DNA from: Flavobacteriales bacterium
GTDB taxonomy: Bacteria > Bacteroidota > Bacteroidia > Flavobacteriales_F > PHOS-HE28
Assembly (NCBI GenBank): GCA_016788285.1
Contig: JAEUSW010000076.1
Span: 1,134-65,133, forward strand
Length of the DNA: 64,000 nt
Reading direction: 5' to 3'
Every line of letters starts with the position of its first letter. The stretch's first letter is position 1. Of the stretch, positions 28,645 to 37,994 are shown piece after piece. The position numbers and the translations under genes are program-made. The notes beneath the pieces were generated by a model. That model ran no database searches and was not told where the DNA came from. It saw only the letters and a list, made by a program, of their open reading frames with translations.

Positions 28645-29172
28645 ATGGGACGTCTGCGTGACCTGATGCTGCTGGCCGCCGTTCTGCTGACCTGGACCGC
28701 GGAGGCGGCCCAGCTCAGGATCGTCGGTACGGTGACGGACAAGTTCACGGCGGCTCCGCTGGCGGACGCCCAAGTGCGTGTATACCGCAATGGCGAGCGC
28801 GTGCGGACCCTGACCACCGGCCTGAACGGGCGCTACGAGGTGCTCCTGGACAACAACGCGGACTATGTGATCCGCTTCGTCCTGCCCGGGCACGTCACCA
28901 AGTGCTTCACGGTCACCACCCACGGGCCGATCTGGGAGGGGGATCACAGCGTCAAGGAGGTCTTCATCGAAATGACGTTGTTCGAGCGGGTGCCGGACCT
29001 GGACCTGACCTTCTTCGACCTGCCCATGGGCATCGCCCGTTTCGACCCGTTGGACGGGCGGATGGACTGGGACGAGAAGTACGATGGCCGGATCCGTGGA
29101 GAGGTGGCCGCGCTGATGGAGGAGGTGACGCGGGCCCTGGCCGCCCGGGGCGCCCTGGCGAAGCTGAACTGA
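28645..29172 (+). CDS. Secreted hypothetical protein with CarboxypepD_reg-like (Cna-B/transthyretin-like) beta-sandwich
   Basis: Signal peptide MGRLRDLMLLAAVLLTWTAEAA. The motif IVGTVTDKFTAAPLADAQVRVYRNGE...TGLNGRYEV is typical of carboxypeptidase-regulatory-like domains. Confidence 0.5.
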   Translation: MGRLRDLMLLAAVLLTWTAEAAQLRIVGTVTDKFTAAPLADAQVRVYRNGERVRTLTTGLNGRYEVLLDNNADYVIRFVLPGHVTKCFTVTTHGPIWEGDHSVKEVFIEMTLFERVPDLDLTFFDLPMGIARFDPLDGRMDWDEKYDGRIRGEVAALMEEVTRALAARGALAKLN

Positions 29173-30090
29173 TCAACCGCCCGATCGTGCCCGTGCGCGG
29201 GGATGATGTTGAAGGATGTTGCTGCGCAGGTACTCGCGGTCCAGGTGGGTGTAGATCTCGGTGGTGGTGATGCTGGCGTGGCCGAGCATCTCCTGAACGG
29301 CACGCAGGTCGGCCCCACCCTCCACGAGATGGGTGGCGAAGCTGTGGCGGAAGGTGTGCGGGCTGATGGCCTTGGCGATGCCGGCCTTGGCCGCGAGCGT
29401 ACGCACCAGGTTGAACACCGCCACCCTGGAGATCGGCCCGCCGCGGGCGTTCAGAAAGAGCGTTTCACCGGCACGGGGCACCGTGGGCAGATGCACGCGT
29501 TCATGCTCGCGGTAGTCCCTGATGCGGTCCAGCGTGAGCGAGGCGATGGGCACCAGACGCTCCTTGTCGCCTTTGCCGAGCACGCGGATGAAGCGTTCCT
29601 GGTCATGGATGTCGCTGAGGCGAAGGCCGCACAGTTCGCTCACACGAAGGCCGCATCCGTACAAGGTCTCCACGATGGCCCGGTCACGATGGGCGAGGGG
29701 TTTGGACAGGTCGATGACCCCGACGATGGCGTCGATCTCGGCCACGCTGAGGAATTCCGGCAGGTGCCGTCCGAGCCGGGGCGCCTCGAGCAGTTCGGTG
29801 GGGTCCGTATCGATGCGCCGATCGACGAGCAGGGCATGGTGGAACGCGCGGACGGCGCTCAGGAGCCGGGCCTGGCTCCGTGGCCCGAGCCCCTGCTTCA
29901 CGGTGTGCGTGAGGAAGGCCTGAAGATCCTCCAAGCGCAGGGCGTCCGCCGCCAGGGCCGGGGAATGGGATTCGGCGTAGGTCCTCAGCTTGGCCAGGTC
30001 GGAGAGGTAGGCCTCCACGGTGCGGTCGCTCAGGGAGCGTTCCAGCTTGAGGTGGGTGCGGAACAGGTTGATCGCGCGGGGCCAATCCAC
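29173..30090 (-). CDS. xerD: Tyrosine site-specific recombinase XerD
   Basis: N-terminal SAM-like core-binding domain and a C-terminal catalytic domain with the R...HxxR...Y pattern (GLRVSEL; HTFRHSFATHLVEGGADLRAVQEMLGHASITTTEIYTHL). Adjacent to aroQ, as is common on Bacteroidota chromosomes. Confidence 0.85.
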   Translation of the reverse strand: MDWPRAINLFRTHLKLERSLSDRTVEAYLSDLAKLRTYAESHSPALAADALRLEDLQAFLTHTVKQGLGPRSQARLLSAVRAFHHALLVDRRIDTDPTELLEAPRLGRHLPEFLSVAEIDAIVGVIDLSKPLAHRDRAIVETLYGCGLRVSELCGLRLSDIHDQERFIRVLGKGDKERLVPIASLTLDRIRDYREHERVHLPTVPRAGETLFLNARGGPISRVAVFNLVRTLAAKAGIAKAISPHTFRHSFATHLVEGGADLRAVQEMLGHASITTTEIYTHLDREYLRSNILQHHPRARARSGG

Positions 30091-30134
30091 CGCACAAAGA
30101 TGCCATCGGGCGGGCCTTTCGTTACTTCGTCCGC

Positions 30135-30569
30135 ATGGCGGACATCCTGGTGGTCAACGGACCGAACCTCGGCCTGCTCGGGCGTCGCGAGCCCTCGATC
30201 TACGGCACTACCGACCTGGATGGCCTGATCGGGGCGTTGCGCACGGCATTCCCCACGCACCGGATCGATCACCGTCAGAGCGAGCTGGAGGGGGAGCTGA
30301 TCCGCTGGCTGCATGAAGCGGACGGGGTGTATGCCGGGGTGGTGCTGAACGCGGGCGGGTACAGCCACACCTCGGTGGCGCTGCGTGATGCGGTGGCGGC
30401 CTTGTCCGTGCCCGTGGTGGAGGTGCATCTTTCCAACCTGCTCGCGCGTGAGCCGTTCCGGCACACCTCCCTGGTGGGGGCCGTGTGCGTGGGCAGTATC
30501 ATGGGCTTGGGGCCCGAGGGCTATCGCCTGGCCGTGGACCACCTTCTACACCGCTCGGGCACCCGCTAA
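30135..30569 (+). CDS. aroQ: 3-dehydroquinate dehydratase, type II
   Basis: ILVVNGPNLGLLGRREPSIYG...HRQSELEGELIRWLHEA...NAGGYSHTSVALRDA matches the DHQase II consensus. Confidence 0.9.
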   Translation: MADILVVNGPNLGLLGRREPSIYGTTDLDGLIGALRTAFPTHRIDHRQSELEGELIRWLHEADGVYAGVVLNAGGYSHTSVALRDAVAALSVPVVEVHLSNLLAREPFRHTSLVGAVCVGSIMGLGPEGYRLAVDHLLHRSGTR

Positions 30570-31603
30570 GCGCGTCGTACGAAGGCCGCGCCGGGCAGGT
30601 CGCTGAACCGGTCTAGCTTGAGGATGAACCGGTCGAACGCGATGTTGCGCGTGTACATGCCGGTGAGGTCCGGCCCCTGCTCTTCGCGCATGAGCCGTGC
30701 GCGTTCGCGCAGCAGAGCGGGGAGCCGGCCAAGGAAGTGGACGTGGGCGCGGGCCACCTGCCAGCTGTGCGCACCATGCCCCTCGAGCAGGAATTTCCAA
30801 CCCGCCGCACCGTCCAGCAGGAAACGGCGCAGCAAGCGGCCCGGCAGCCAGCCGGTATGCAGGTTCTTGGTGAGCACGATGAGGCTGTTGCGGAAGTTGA
30901 GGTAGGTCTTGCGCGGGCTGCCGTACCCGAGCGCCCCGCCGCCGACGTGCAGCACGCTGGCCCGCGCCGTGTAGCCGATGCGCCAGCCCCGCCGCCGCAG
31001 TCGCCAGCACAGGTCGATCTCCTCCATGTGCGCGAACAGCGAGGCATCGAAGCCACCGGCCTCGCGGAAGGCCTCAGCGCGCACCATCAAGCAGGCCCCG
31101 GTGGCCCAGAACACCTCCCGATCGTCGTCGTACTGTCCGTGGTCCGATTCGGTGATCTCGAAGATCCGGCCGCGACAGAAGGGGTAGCCATTGCGGTCGA
31201 TGTATCCGCCGGCGGCTCCCGCATGCTCGAACCGGTCCGGATGGGCATGGGCCAGGACCTTGGGCTGGCAGGCCGCCATCCGCGGGTCGGCATCGAGCAT
31301 CGCCCTCAGGCCGGTGAGCCAGCCCGGCAGGACCTCCACGTCGGAATTGAGCAGCACGAAGTACGACGCCTGCACCTGCTCGAGAGCGGAGTTGTAGCCC
31401 CCGGCGAAACCGAGGTTCCGCTCCAACGCGATGGTGCGGACAGCAGGCATGGCCGAGCGCAGCCATGCCAACGAACCGTCCGAGCTCCCGTTATCGGCCA
31501 CCACCACTTCGGCGCCCTCGGCGGCGCGGACCACGCCGGGCAGGAAGCGCTGCAACCAGCTCAGGCCGTTCCAGTTGAGGATGACGATCGCCGTATCGCG
31601 CAT
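30566..31603 (-). CDS. Glycosyltransferase family 2
   Basis: GT-A fold motifs (AIVILNWNG; VVVADNGSSDGS; DAD-like acidic motif). The start was taken at MRDTAIVIL. Confidence 0.8.
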   Translation of the reverse strand: MRDTAIVILNWNGLSWLQRFLPGVVRAAEGAEVVVADNGSSDGSLAWLRSAMPAVRTIALERNLGFAGGYNSALEQVQASYFVLLNSDVEVLPGWLTGLRAMLDADPRMAACQPKVLAHAHPDRFEHAGAAGGYIDRNGYPFCRGRIFEITESDHGQYDDDREVFWATGACLMVRAEAFREAGGFDASLFAHMEEIDLCWRLRRRGWRIGYTARASVLHVGGGALGYGSPRKTYLNFRNSLIVLTKNLHTGWLPGRLLRRFLLDGAAGWKFLLEGHGAHSWQVARAHVHFLGRLPALLRERARLMREEQGPDLTGMYTRNIAFDRFILKLDRFSDLPGAAFVRRA

Positions 31604-31647
31604 GGGGGCTGCGTGCGGCGGCAAAGATGAACGTGGTGCCGAGACCG

Positions 31648-33099
31648 TCAGCGCGGGTTCAGGAAGAACTCGTCCGAACGCTCGCCGCTCAAGGAGTTCA
31701 CCGAGCCGGGCTGGACATTGTTCATCGGTGTGTCGCGGGAGTGCAGCACCTGGTTCCAGCGTGGGTTCTGGATCTCCCCCGGGACCTCCGAGTGCAGCAG
31801 TTCGTAATCGTTCGTCACCATGTCCGGCAGGTAGAACACGAACCGGCGGTCGGTGTAGCGGCCTGCGCGATAGTAGTGCCAGATCTGGTACGGATAGACG
31901 CCCATGTCACTGGGGCGGTCGACGATGGTGTTGGGCGCCCCGTACTTGAGGTGCACGTAGCCGCGGTCGGTCTCGTAGCCCCGCTTGATGCGCGAACCGT
32001 ACATCCGGTTCACCCGGACGACCTCCGCCCGGTAGGCCTTCCATGCTCCTTCAGGGTCCAATCCGTTCCGGTTGAACCAGAAACTGTAGAGGAAGCGGCG
32101 CATGAGGTCCATCTCGCGGTCCTTCCATCGATCGTCGATCATCTTGCGCTCCAGGTCGTCGGCGATGGGGCGCAGGCAGTGGATGAACTCGGCGAGGCTG
32201 TCGGGTTCGGTGATCCGGTCAGCGAAGGTGCCGCCCATGGCCACGGTGGACAGGTCGTCCATGCGGTAGGAGATCGGGTTGTTGCGCTGGAGGAACCGTT
32301 CGGTGCGGGCCAGGAGCTGCCCGGAGCGGTCGCGCGCCTCCAAGGCCAGCACATAGTTCCCGCTGGGCAGCGAGCGGATGTCGAAGCCGCCGAGCACGGG
32401 TTCCACATCGCGGGCTTTCACGCGTGCGGCCGCCCGGAAGGCGCCGACCGGTGTACCGGTCCCCTGACCCTCGATCTGGTAGCTGAGCAGGTAGAGGCTG
32501 TCACGGCCGAGCCGTGCATCCATCCCATAGAGCTCGGCATACAGGTCCAACCGCTCCACCGAACTGGGGTAGTAGGCCCCCACGAAGGGGATGAAGGTGC
32601 GGCCTGCGTGGGCATGCCCGGAGGAGCCCTCTTCCCCGGTACCGGAGATCAGCAGCACATCCGAGAAGGTCGGTCCATCGGGCATGGCCGGCACCATCAG
32701 CGGGCGGCGTTCGGTCCGTACCGAGTCGGAACCCTGCAGGTCGCGCACCTGGACCTCCAGCGTGTAGTCGCCGGGCGGAAGGGCGAAGGCCGAGGTGTAC
32801 AGCAGATCGGGCGGAACCTCGGAGGTGCGCGGCGGCCCGGTGAGCTCCACTTTCCGATGATCAACGATGGCGCCGGCCTTCTCGATCAGGGCCACCAGCT
32901 CCAACCGGGCCTGGGACAGACCGGCGGTCGAGTCCTCGTGATGGACCGAAGCCCCGAGCACGGCCACGCTGAGGTCAACGAAAGGCCCCTGATCCGGCAC
33001 CTCGAAACGCCTGACCTCCACAAGGAACTCCGGCAGCGATTGAGCTCCGGCAGGGAGGGCCAGGGACATGAGGACCAGCGGAAGGATCGGACGTGACAT
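31648..33099 (-). CDS. GWxTD domain-containing secreted protein
   Basis: Signal peptide MSRPILPLVLMSLALPAGAQ. C-terminal conserved GWKAYRAEVVRVN...DRGYVHLKYGAPNTI block characteristic of the Bacteroidota GWxTD family. Confidence 0.65.
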   Translation of the reverse strand: MSRPILPLVLMSLALPAGAQSLPEFLVEVRRFEVPDQGPFVDLSVAVLGASVHHEDSTAGLSQARLELVALIEKAGAIVDHRKVELTGPPRTSEVPPDLLYTSAFALPPGDYTLEVQVRDLQGSDSVRTERRPLMVPAMPDGPTFSDVLLISGTGEEGSSGHAHAGRTFIPFVGAYYPSSVERLDLYAELYGMDARLGRDSLYLLSYQIEGQGTGTPVGAFRAAARVKARDVEPVLGGFDIRSLPSGNYVLALEARDRSGQLLARTERFLQRNNPISYRMDDLSTVAMGGTFADRITEPDSLAEFIHCLRPIADDLERKMIDDRWKDREMDLMRRFLYSFWFNRNGLDPEGAWKAYRAEVVRVNRMYGSRIKRGYETDRGYVHLKYGAPNTIVDRPSDMGVYPYQIWHYYRAGRYTDRRFVFYLPDMVTNDYELLHSEVPGEIQNPRWNQVLHSRDTPMNNVQPGSVNSLSGERSDEFFLNPR

Positions 33100-33266
33100 G
33101 TTCTCAAAGGTACTTCGGTCATCGGGCGGATCACCACCGTTCCTTGGGATGGGGCCACCGTTCCCGCGGTCCCTTCCGTGCGGGCTGAGCGAAGGGAGGA
33201 GGGGCGGATGGGCGTTCACAAGGGGGGCATCCCCGGTCCGCTCGCCTCGCTGCCCGGAACGAACAC

Positions 33267-33284
33267 GCCCCGCCTACGCGGGGC
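33267..33284 (-). terminator. Short GC stem-loop (gccccgc-ctac-gcggggc) immediately 3' of tRNA-Ser
   Basis: Seen in sequence: a 7-bp perfect stem a few nt after the tRNA CCA end. Confidence 0.4.
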
Positions 33285-33288
33285 GGCT

Positions 33289-33378
33289 TGGCGGAGAGGG
33301 AGGGATTCGAACCCCCGTTACCCTTGCGGGTAAAGCGGTTTTCAAGACCGCCGCATTCGACCGCTCTGCCACCTCTCC
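33289..33378 (-). tRNA. tRNA-Ser (anticodon UGA), class II tRNA with long variable arm
   Basis: Reverse complement reads GGAGAGGTGGCAGAGCGGTCGAATGCGGCGGTCTTGAAAACCGC...GGGGGTTCGAATCCCTCCCTCTCCGCCA. The anticodon loop is CUUGAAA, with a GTTCGAATC T-loop, a long extra arm and an encoded CCA. Confidence 0.85.
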
Positions 33379-33428
33379 GAGCGGCGGCGAAGGTAGCGCC
33401 CGGCGATCGGGTAATTTGCGCACCGCTC

Positions 33429-34202
33429 ATGCGCTTCACCTTCCTCGGAACGGGCACCAGTCAGGGGGTGCCGGTGATCGGCTGCCGCTGCACCGTGTGC
33501 ACCAGCGCGGATGCCCGTGACCGCCGACTGCGGACCGCAGGCTGGATCCAGGTGGGTGGACGGTCCGTTCTGATCGATGCCGGGCCCGACCTGCGGCAGC
33601 AGAGCCTTCGTGCCGGGATCGACCAGGTGGATGCCGTACTGCTGACCCACGAGCACATGGACCACATCAGTGGCATGGACGAACTGCGCAGCTTCAATCA
33701 CCGACAACGCGCCGTGATGCCGGTGCATGCCTCCGAGGCCACCCTGGCTGCGGTGCGTCGGATCTACGCGTATGCCTTCGAGGCCGTCCGCTATCCGGGG
33801 GTGCCCGAGCTGGAACTGCACCCCGTCTCGGCCGGTCCCTTCCGCGCTGCCGGGGTGGGTTTCGAGGCCGTGGATGTGCTGCACCTGGGCATGCCCGTGC
33901 TCGGCTTCCGGATCGGTGGCCTCACGTACATCACCGACGCGAAAGAGCTGCCGCCATCGACCAAGGAGCGCGCGCGGGGTTCCGAGGTGCTGGTGTTGAA
34001 CGCGTTGCGCCACGAGCCGCACGCGGCGCACCTCAACCTGAAGGAGGCGCTGGACCTGGCCCGCGAACTGGGGGCGCGGCGTACCTTCCTCACCCACATC
34101 AGCCATTTGCTCGGCCTCCATGCCGACGTGCAGCGCACCCTGCCGGAAGGGGTGGAACTGGCCTACGACGGCCTTTCCGTGGAGCTGCCCGATCCCTGCT
34201 GA
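33429..34202 (+). CDS. MBL-fold metallo-hydrolase (PhnP / tRNase-Z-like subgroup)
   Basis: Zinc-binding motifs LLTHEHMDHISG and a C-terminal H (LTHISH). Cys cluster CRCTVCTS near the N-terminus, as in PhnP-like enzymes. Confidence 0.75.
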   Translation: MRFTFLGTGTSQGVPVIGCRCTVCTSADARDRRLRTAGWIQVGGRSVLIDAGPDLRQQSLRAGIDQVDAVLLTHEHMDHISGMDELRSFNHRQRAVMPVHASEATLAAVRRIYAYAFEAVRYPGVPELELHPVSAGPFRAAGVGFEAVDVLHLGMPVLGFRIGGLTYITDAKELPPSTKERARGSEVLVLNALRHEPHAAHLNLKEALDLARELGARRTFLTHISHLLGLHADVQRTLPEGVELAYDGLSVELPDPC

Positions 34203-34284
34203 TGGGCTTCCACGCACAAGGCGGGGGTCGGAGTTGTTCGGTGACCGACGGAGCACGAACTTCGATCCTCCAACCTGTTGCGCA

Positions 34285-37230
34285 ATGCGTAAGATCCTCC
34301 TTGTCGCCGGACTGATCGCCGGCACCCACCCTGCCATGGCCGTTGAAGGCGGCCGCGATGAGCGGAGCATCACCTTCATCCGCGATCCACGGCGCACACC
34401 GGACATCGCCTGGCAGGCGGAGCTCCGCGCACGTCCGCAATGGCGGAATTTCGTCGCCGAGCACGGGACCTGGTGGACGGAGTTCAACGAGGGAAGCGGG
34501 TTGCCGCACCGGGCCTTCGGCAAGCCCATCGCCGCGGTGGGTGGGGACCCCGCGTCGAAGGCGTGGGATTTCCTCCAGCACCAGCTCGCGGGCTTCAACC
34601 TACCGCTCGGAGAGGTCAGTGTGCGGTCCGTGTACCCCACCGCCAAGCATACCTATGTGCATTTTGCGCAGACCCATGCCGGCTTGCCCGTGGTGTTCGG
34701 TCAGGCGATGGTGAAGCTGGATGCCCAAGGCCGGGTGATCGCCTTCGGCACGGACCTGTATCCGGGGATCCAGGTGGAGGCGCAGCCCAGTGTCAGCGAA
34801 GCCGCCGCGGTGGTGAACGCCTCGAGCGGATTGACGGGCATCGTGGGTTCCGTGGTCACCGGCCTGCGCATCCTTCCGGTCCAGGGGGATCGCTCCGTGG
34901 AGCACCGTCTGGTGCATGAGGTGATCGTGCACACCATGGAACAGAACGTTCCCGGTCGCTGGTCGTGCTGGGTGGACGCCCATTCGGGCGAGCTGTTGTA
35001 CCGCCAGGACCTGGTGGTGCATCATGCTCCGCCGGCCTCCGCGGGGGCCGAGATCGCCGCCACCGCCACGGCCCACACGGTGAACCCGTATGTGCCGGCC
35101 ACCACCGAGGTGCTGCCCGACCTGCGCGTGGTCGTGAACGGACTGAGCCAGTACCTGGACACCCAGGGATACCTGAACACGGGCGTGGGCGGCCCGGTGA
35201 ACGCGACCTTCTTCCTGGACGGCCGCTGGTGCAATGTGAAGACGGGCGGCAGCACGCCGAGCTTCCAGACAACCTTGCAGGAAGGCCCGAACGCCATCAG
35301 TTTCAATGCCGACGCCAACCTGCGCGAGCGGAGCGCTTACTACCATGTGAACGTGGTGCATGACCACATGAAGGACTGGCTGCCCAACTTCACCTCATTG
35401 GACGTCCCGTTCACCACCAACGTGGATGTGGCGGGCAACTGCAATGCGTTCTACGACGGGGGCTCGATCAACTTCTACCAGGAGGGCGGGGACTGCCAGA
35501 GCTACGCGCAGATCGCCGAGGTGGTGTACCACGAGTATGGGCACGGCATCAACGACAAGTTCTACGGCACGCTCCTGAGCCAGTTCACCAATGGGGCCAT
35601 GAACGAAGGCTACGCGGATGTGTGGGCCTTGTCGATCACGGAGGACCCGGTCCTGGCCGAAGGCAGCTCGTTGAGCGACCCGGACGATTTCATCCGGCGC
35701 TACGATGAGAACCGCAAGGTGTACCCGGTGGATCTGGTGGGTCAGGTGCATGCGGACGGGGAGATCATCGCGGGGGCCTGGTGGGACACCTACCTGCTGC
35801 TGGGCAGCGACATGAACGCGATGCTCACCTTGTTCGTCGAGGCCTTCCCCGGTCTGCAGGCGAATACGGTGAACGGAAATGAAGGACAGGCCTTCCGCGA
35901 TGTGCTGCTGGATGTGCTTCAGGCGGACGACAACGACGGGGACATCACGAACGGCACACCGAACGCGGGAGCCATCGTGGAAGCCTTCGCCCTGCACGGG
36001 ATCACCCTGCTGAGCAACGCCACCCTGGTGCACAGCAACCTGGAGACGGCGCCCGAAGCGCAGGGGATCGAGCTGGATGCACAGCTGGTCCTGGACTTCG
36101 ACTTCCTGCCCTTCCTCTCGGACGTGAAGCTGTTCTACCGGGTGAACAACGGGGGGGTGTGGAACACCCTGCCGATGGTGGACTTCGGGAGCAACGATTA
36201 CCACGTGACCATTCCTGCGCAGCCGGCGGGGACGGTGGTCGCTTACTACATGGGTGTGGAGGACAGCTTCCAGCAGCTGAGCGCGGTGGTGCCGATCGGT
36301 GCGGCGGAACCCGACCCGAACGTGCCGTACTACATCATGGTGGGCTTCGGTCTGGTGGCCACGGACGATGCGGACAACAACACCCAGCTCGGGAACTGGG
36401 ACATCGGGCTTCCCACGGACAACGCCACCACCGGCGAGTGGGAGTTCAACATGCCCGTGGGCAGCTATGCCACGCCGGGCGACCTGAGCACGGTGGTCCA
36501 GCCCGGATCCCAGCACACACCGGGCGGAGAGATCTGTTACGTGACGGGCAACGCCTCGACCGAGCTCGCCCCGCTGGGGGAGAACGACGTCGATGGCGGC
36601 ACCACCACGCTGCGGAGCGCCGCGCTGGACATGTCCACCATGCAGGAGCCGGCCATGTCCTACTGGCGGTGGTACGTGAACGACCCACCGGGCGGCGCCA
36701 ACCCCGGCGCGGACTGGTGGCAGGTGTGGTTGAGCAACGATGGCAGCACCTGGGTCCCGGTCGAGAACACGAAGACGAGCGATCGCAGCTGGCGCCGGGT
36801 GGCCTTTCGGGTGGGCGACTTCGTGAACCCCACCTCCACGGTGTTCATCAAGTACAATGCCTCGGACAGCATCCGACCCGGGCAGAACCTGGACGGCGGC
36901 AGCCTGGTGGAGGCGGCCGTGGACGACATCCAGTTGTGGGACCTGGCCGATGGCATCGGCATCGAGGAGATGGCCACCGTGGATCTGCTGGTGTTCCCGA
37001 AACCGGCACAGGACCAGTTGCAGGTGCGCGGGGCCGTGGGCGATGCACGCTCGGCGGACCTGGTCGTGCTGGACGCTGCGGGCCGTGTGGTCATGCGACA
37101 GCAGGTGGGTGGCACCGCGCTGCGTGAACGCATCGTGCTCAACGTCGCCGATCTGGCGCCGGGCAGCTACGTGCTGCAGGTGATCACCGACCGGGCGCGG
37201 GGCGAAGAGCGCTTCCAGGTGGTCCGTTGA
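34285..37230 (+). CDS. Secreted zinc metallopeptidase, M36 (fungalysin-like)/M4 clan, with N-terminal FTP-type propeptide and C-terminal T9SS sorting domain
   Basis: Signal peptide MRKILLVAGLIAGTHPAMA. Zincin motif VVYHEYGHGIND, with a downstream EGYADVW third-ligand region. C-terminal LLVFPKPAQDQLQVRG...GSYVLQVITDRARGEERFQVVR is a T9SS CTD. Confidence 0.8.
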   Translation: MRKILLVAGLIAGTHPAMAVEGGRDERSITFIRDPRRTPDIAWQAELRARPQWRNFVAEHGTWWTEFNEGSGLPHRAFGKPIAAVGGDPASKAWDFLQHQLAGFNLPLGEVSVRSVYPTAKHTYVHFAQTHAGLPVVFGQAMVKLDAQGRVIAFGTDLYPGIQVEAQPSVSEAAAVVNASSGLTGIVGSVVTGLRILPVQGDRSVEHRLVHEVIVHTMEQNVPGRWSCWVDAHSGELLYRQDLVVHHAPPASAGAEIAATATAHTVNPYVPATTEVLPDLRVVVNGLSQYLDTQGYLNTGVGGPVNATFFLDGRWCNVKTGGSTPSFQTTLQEGPNAISFNADANLRERSAYYHVNVVHDHMKDWLPNFTSLDVPFTTNVDVAGNCNAFYDGGSINFYQEGGDCQSYAQIAEVVYHEYGHGINDKFYGTLLSQFTNGAMNEGYADVWALSITEDPVLAEGSSLSDPDDFIRRYDENRKVYPVDLVGQVHADGEIIAGAWWDTYLLLGSDMNAMLTLFVEAFPGLQANTVNGNEGQAFRDVLLDVLQADDNDGDITNGTPNAGAIVEAFALHGITLLSNATLVHSNLETAPEAQGIELDAQLVLDFDFLPFLSDVKLFYRVNNGGVWNTLPMVDFGSNDYHVTIPAQPAGTVVAYYMGVEDSFQQLSAVVPIGAAEPDPNVPYYIMVGFGLVATDDADNNTQLGNWDIGLPTDNATTGEWEFNMPVGSYATPGDLSTVVQPGSQHTPGGEICYVTGNASTELAPLGENDVDGGTTTLRSAALDMSTMQEPAMSYWRWYVNDPPGGANPGADWWQVWLSNDGSTWVPVENTKTSDRSWRRVAFRVGDFVNPTSTVFIKYNASDSIRPGQNLDGGSLVEAAVDDIQLWDLADGIGIEEMATVDLLVFPKPAQDQLQVRGAVGDARSADLVVLDAAGRVVMRQQVGGTALRERIVLNVADLAPGSYVLQVITDRARGEERFQVVR

Positions 37231-37280
37231 CCGTCGGACCTGAACACGAGCGCCCCGGGGGATCCCCGGGGCGCTCGTGT

Positions 37281-37994
37281 TCAGGGGGTGGTGGCCACGG
37301 GGTGGGTGAGCAAGGCCTGGAAGCTGCGCACGATCGCCGCGGTGACGCGCTCATCCATGCGCAGGCCATCGGCCGAGGCGAAACGCTGGTTCACCTCCAG
37401 CTCGATCCCGGCATACCCCTCGGGATGGGCGGCCCGAAGGGCCGTGGTATGGCCATCATCGGTTCCGAGGTAGGGCTCGTTGTGGCGGATCACGAGGTCC
37501 GGCGCAGCGGTGCGCATCAGCTGCTCCCACGCGTCGACCAACGCCCGTTCCCGAACGCGGGTGGGGTCGTACAACAGGCCGATGTCCATCGGACGCCGCA
37601 CGCCGTCCAGCTCCGGGGTGAAGCTGTGCACGCTGAGGTGCAGGACGTTCCACCGGCCGGCACGCCAGGTGGCCACGGCGTCGGCGGCGGCCATGCGGAA
37701 GGGGGTGTAGTGCTCGTCGATCAAGTGGCTGCGCTGTGCGTGCGGCAGATCGCGGGTGAACGCGGAGAACAGGTCCGGACCGTCGAGGGAGCGGTTCAGT
37801 TCCACCACCAGGCGGGAGGTGGTGCCTTCCAGGGCGAGGTGCGCCAGCGGACGCAAGGCCGTGAACAGGTCCAGGGCCCCGGGGTCCCAGCCGCGGTGGG
37901 AGCGAAGCACCTCGTCGGCCCCTGCGAAGAGGGCCCGCAGCTCGGTGGGCACCGCATGGCCACCGTGCTCGCAGGTGAGCAGCACGCGGGTCAT
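37281..37994 (-). CDS. N-formylglutamate amidohydrolase (FGase/HutG-like, COG3741) family hydrolase
   Basis: Starts MTRVLLTCEHGGHAVP, the typical FGase N-terminus. Contains HSF and DxGLL motifs. Its start ATG overlaps the stop of the upstream GCS2 gene. Confidence 0.75.
   Translation of the reverse strand: MTRVLLTCEHGGHAVPTELRALFAGADEVLRSHRGWDPGALDLFTALRPLAHLALEGTTSRLVVELNRSLDGPDLFSAFTRDLPHAQRSHLIDEHYTPFRMAAADAVATWRAGRWNVLHLSVHSFTPELDGVRRPMDIGLLYDPTRVRERALVDAWEQLMRTAAPDLVIRHNEPYLGTDDGHTTALRAAHPEGYAGIELEVNQRFASADGLRMDERVTAAIVRSFQALLTHPVATTP

Noticed and set aside
29173-30090. Tyrosine recombinase as the integrase of a mobile element or genomic island
   Set aside because: The protein has the XerD architecture and lies in the conserved xerD-aroQ chromosomal arrangement. 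Its neighbours are housekeeping genes. No direct repeats, att-like duplication of the tRNA-Ser 3' end, or phage/transposon genes are present. The nearest tRNA is 3 kb away on the other side of two unrelated genes.
33289-33378. tRNA-Ser as an integration hotspot
   Set aside because: No integrase, no partial tRNA duplicate, and no compositional shift was seen on either side. Flanking genes are ordinary (GWxTD protein, MBL hydrolase).
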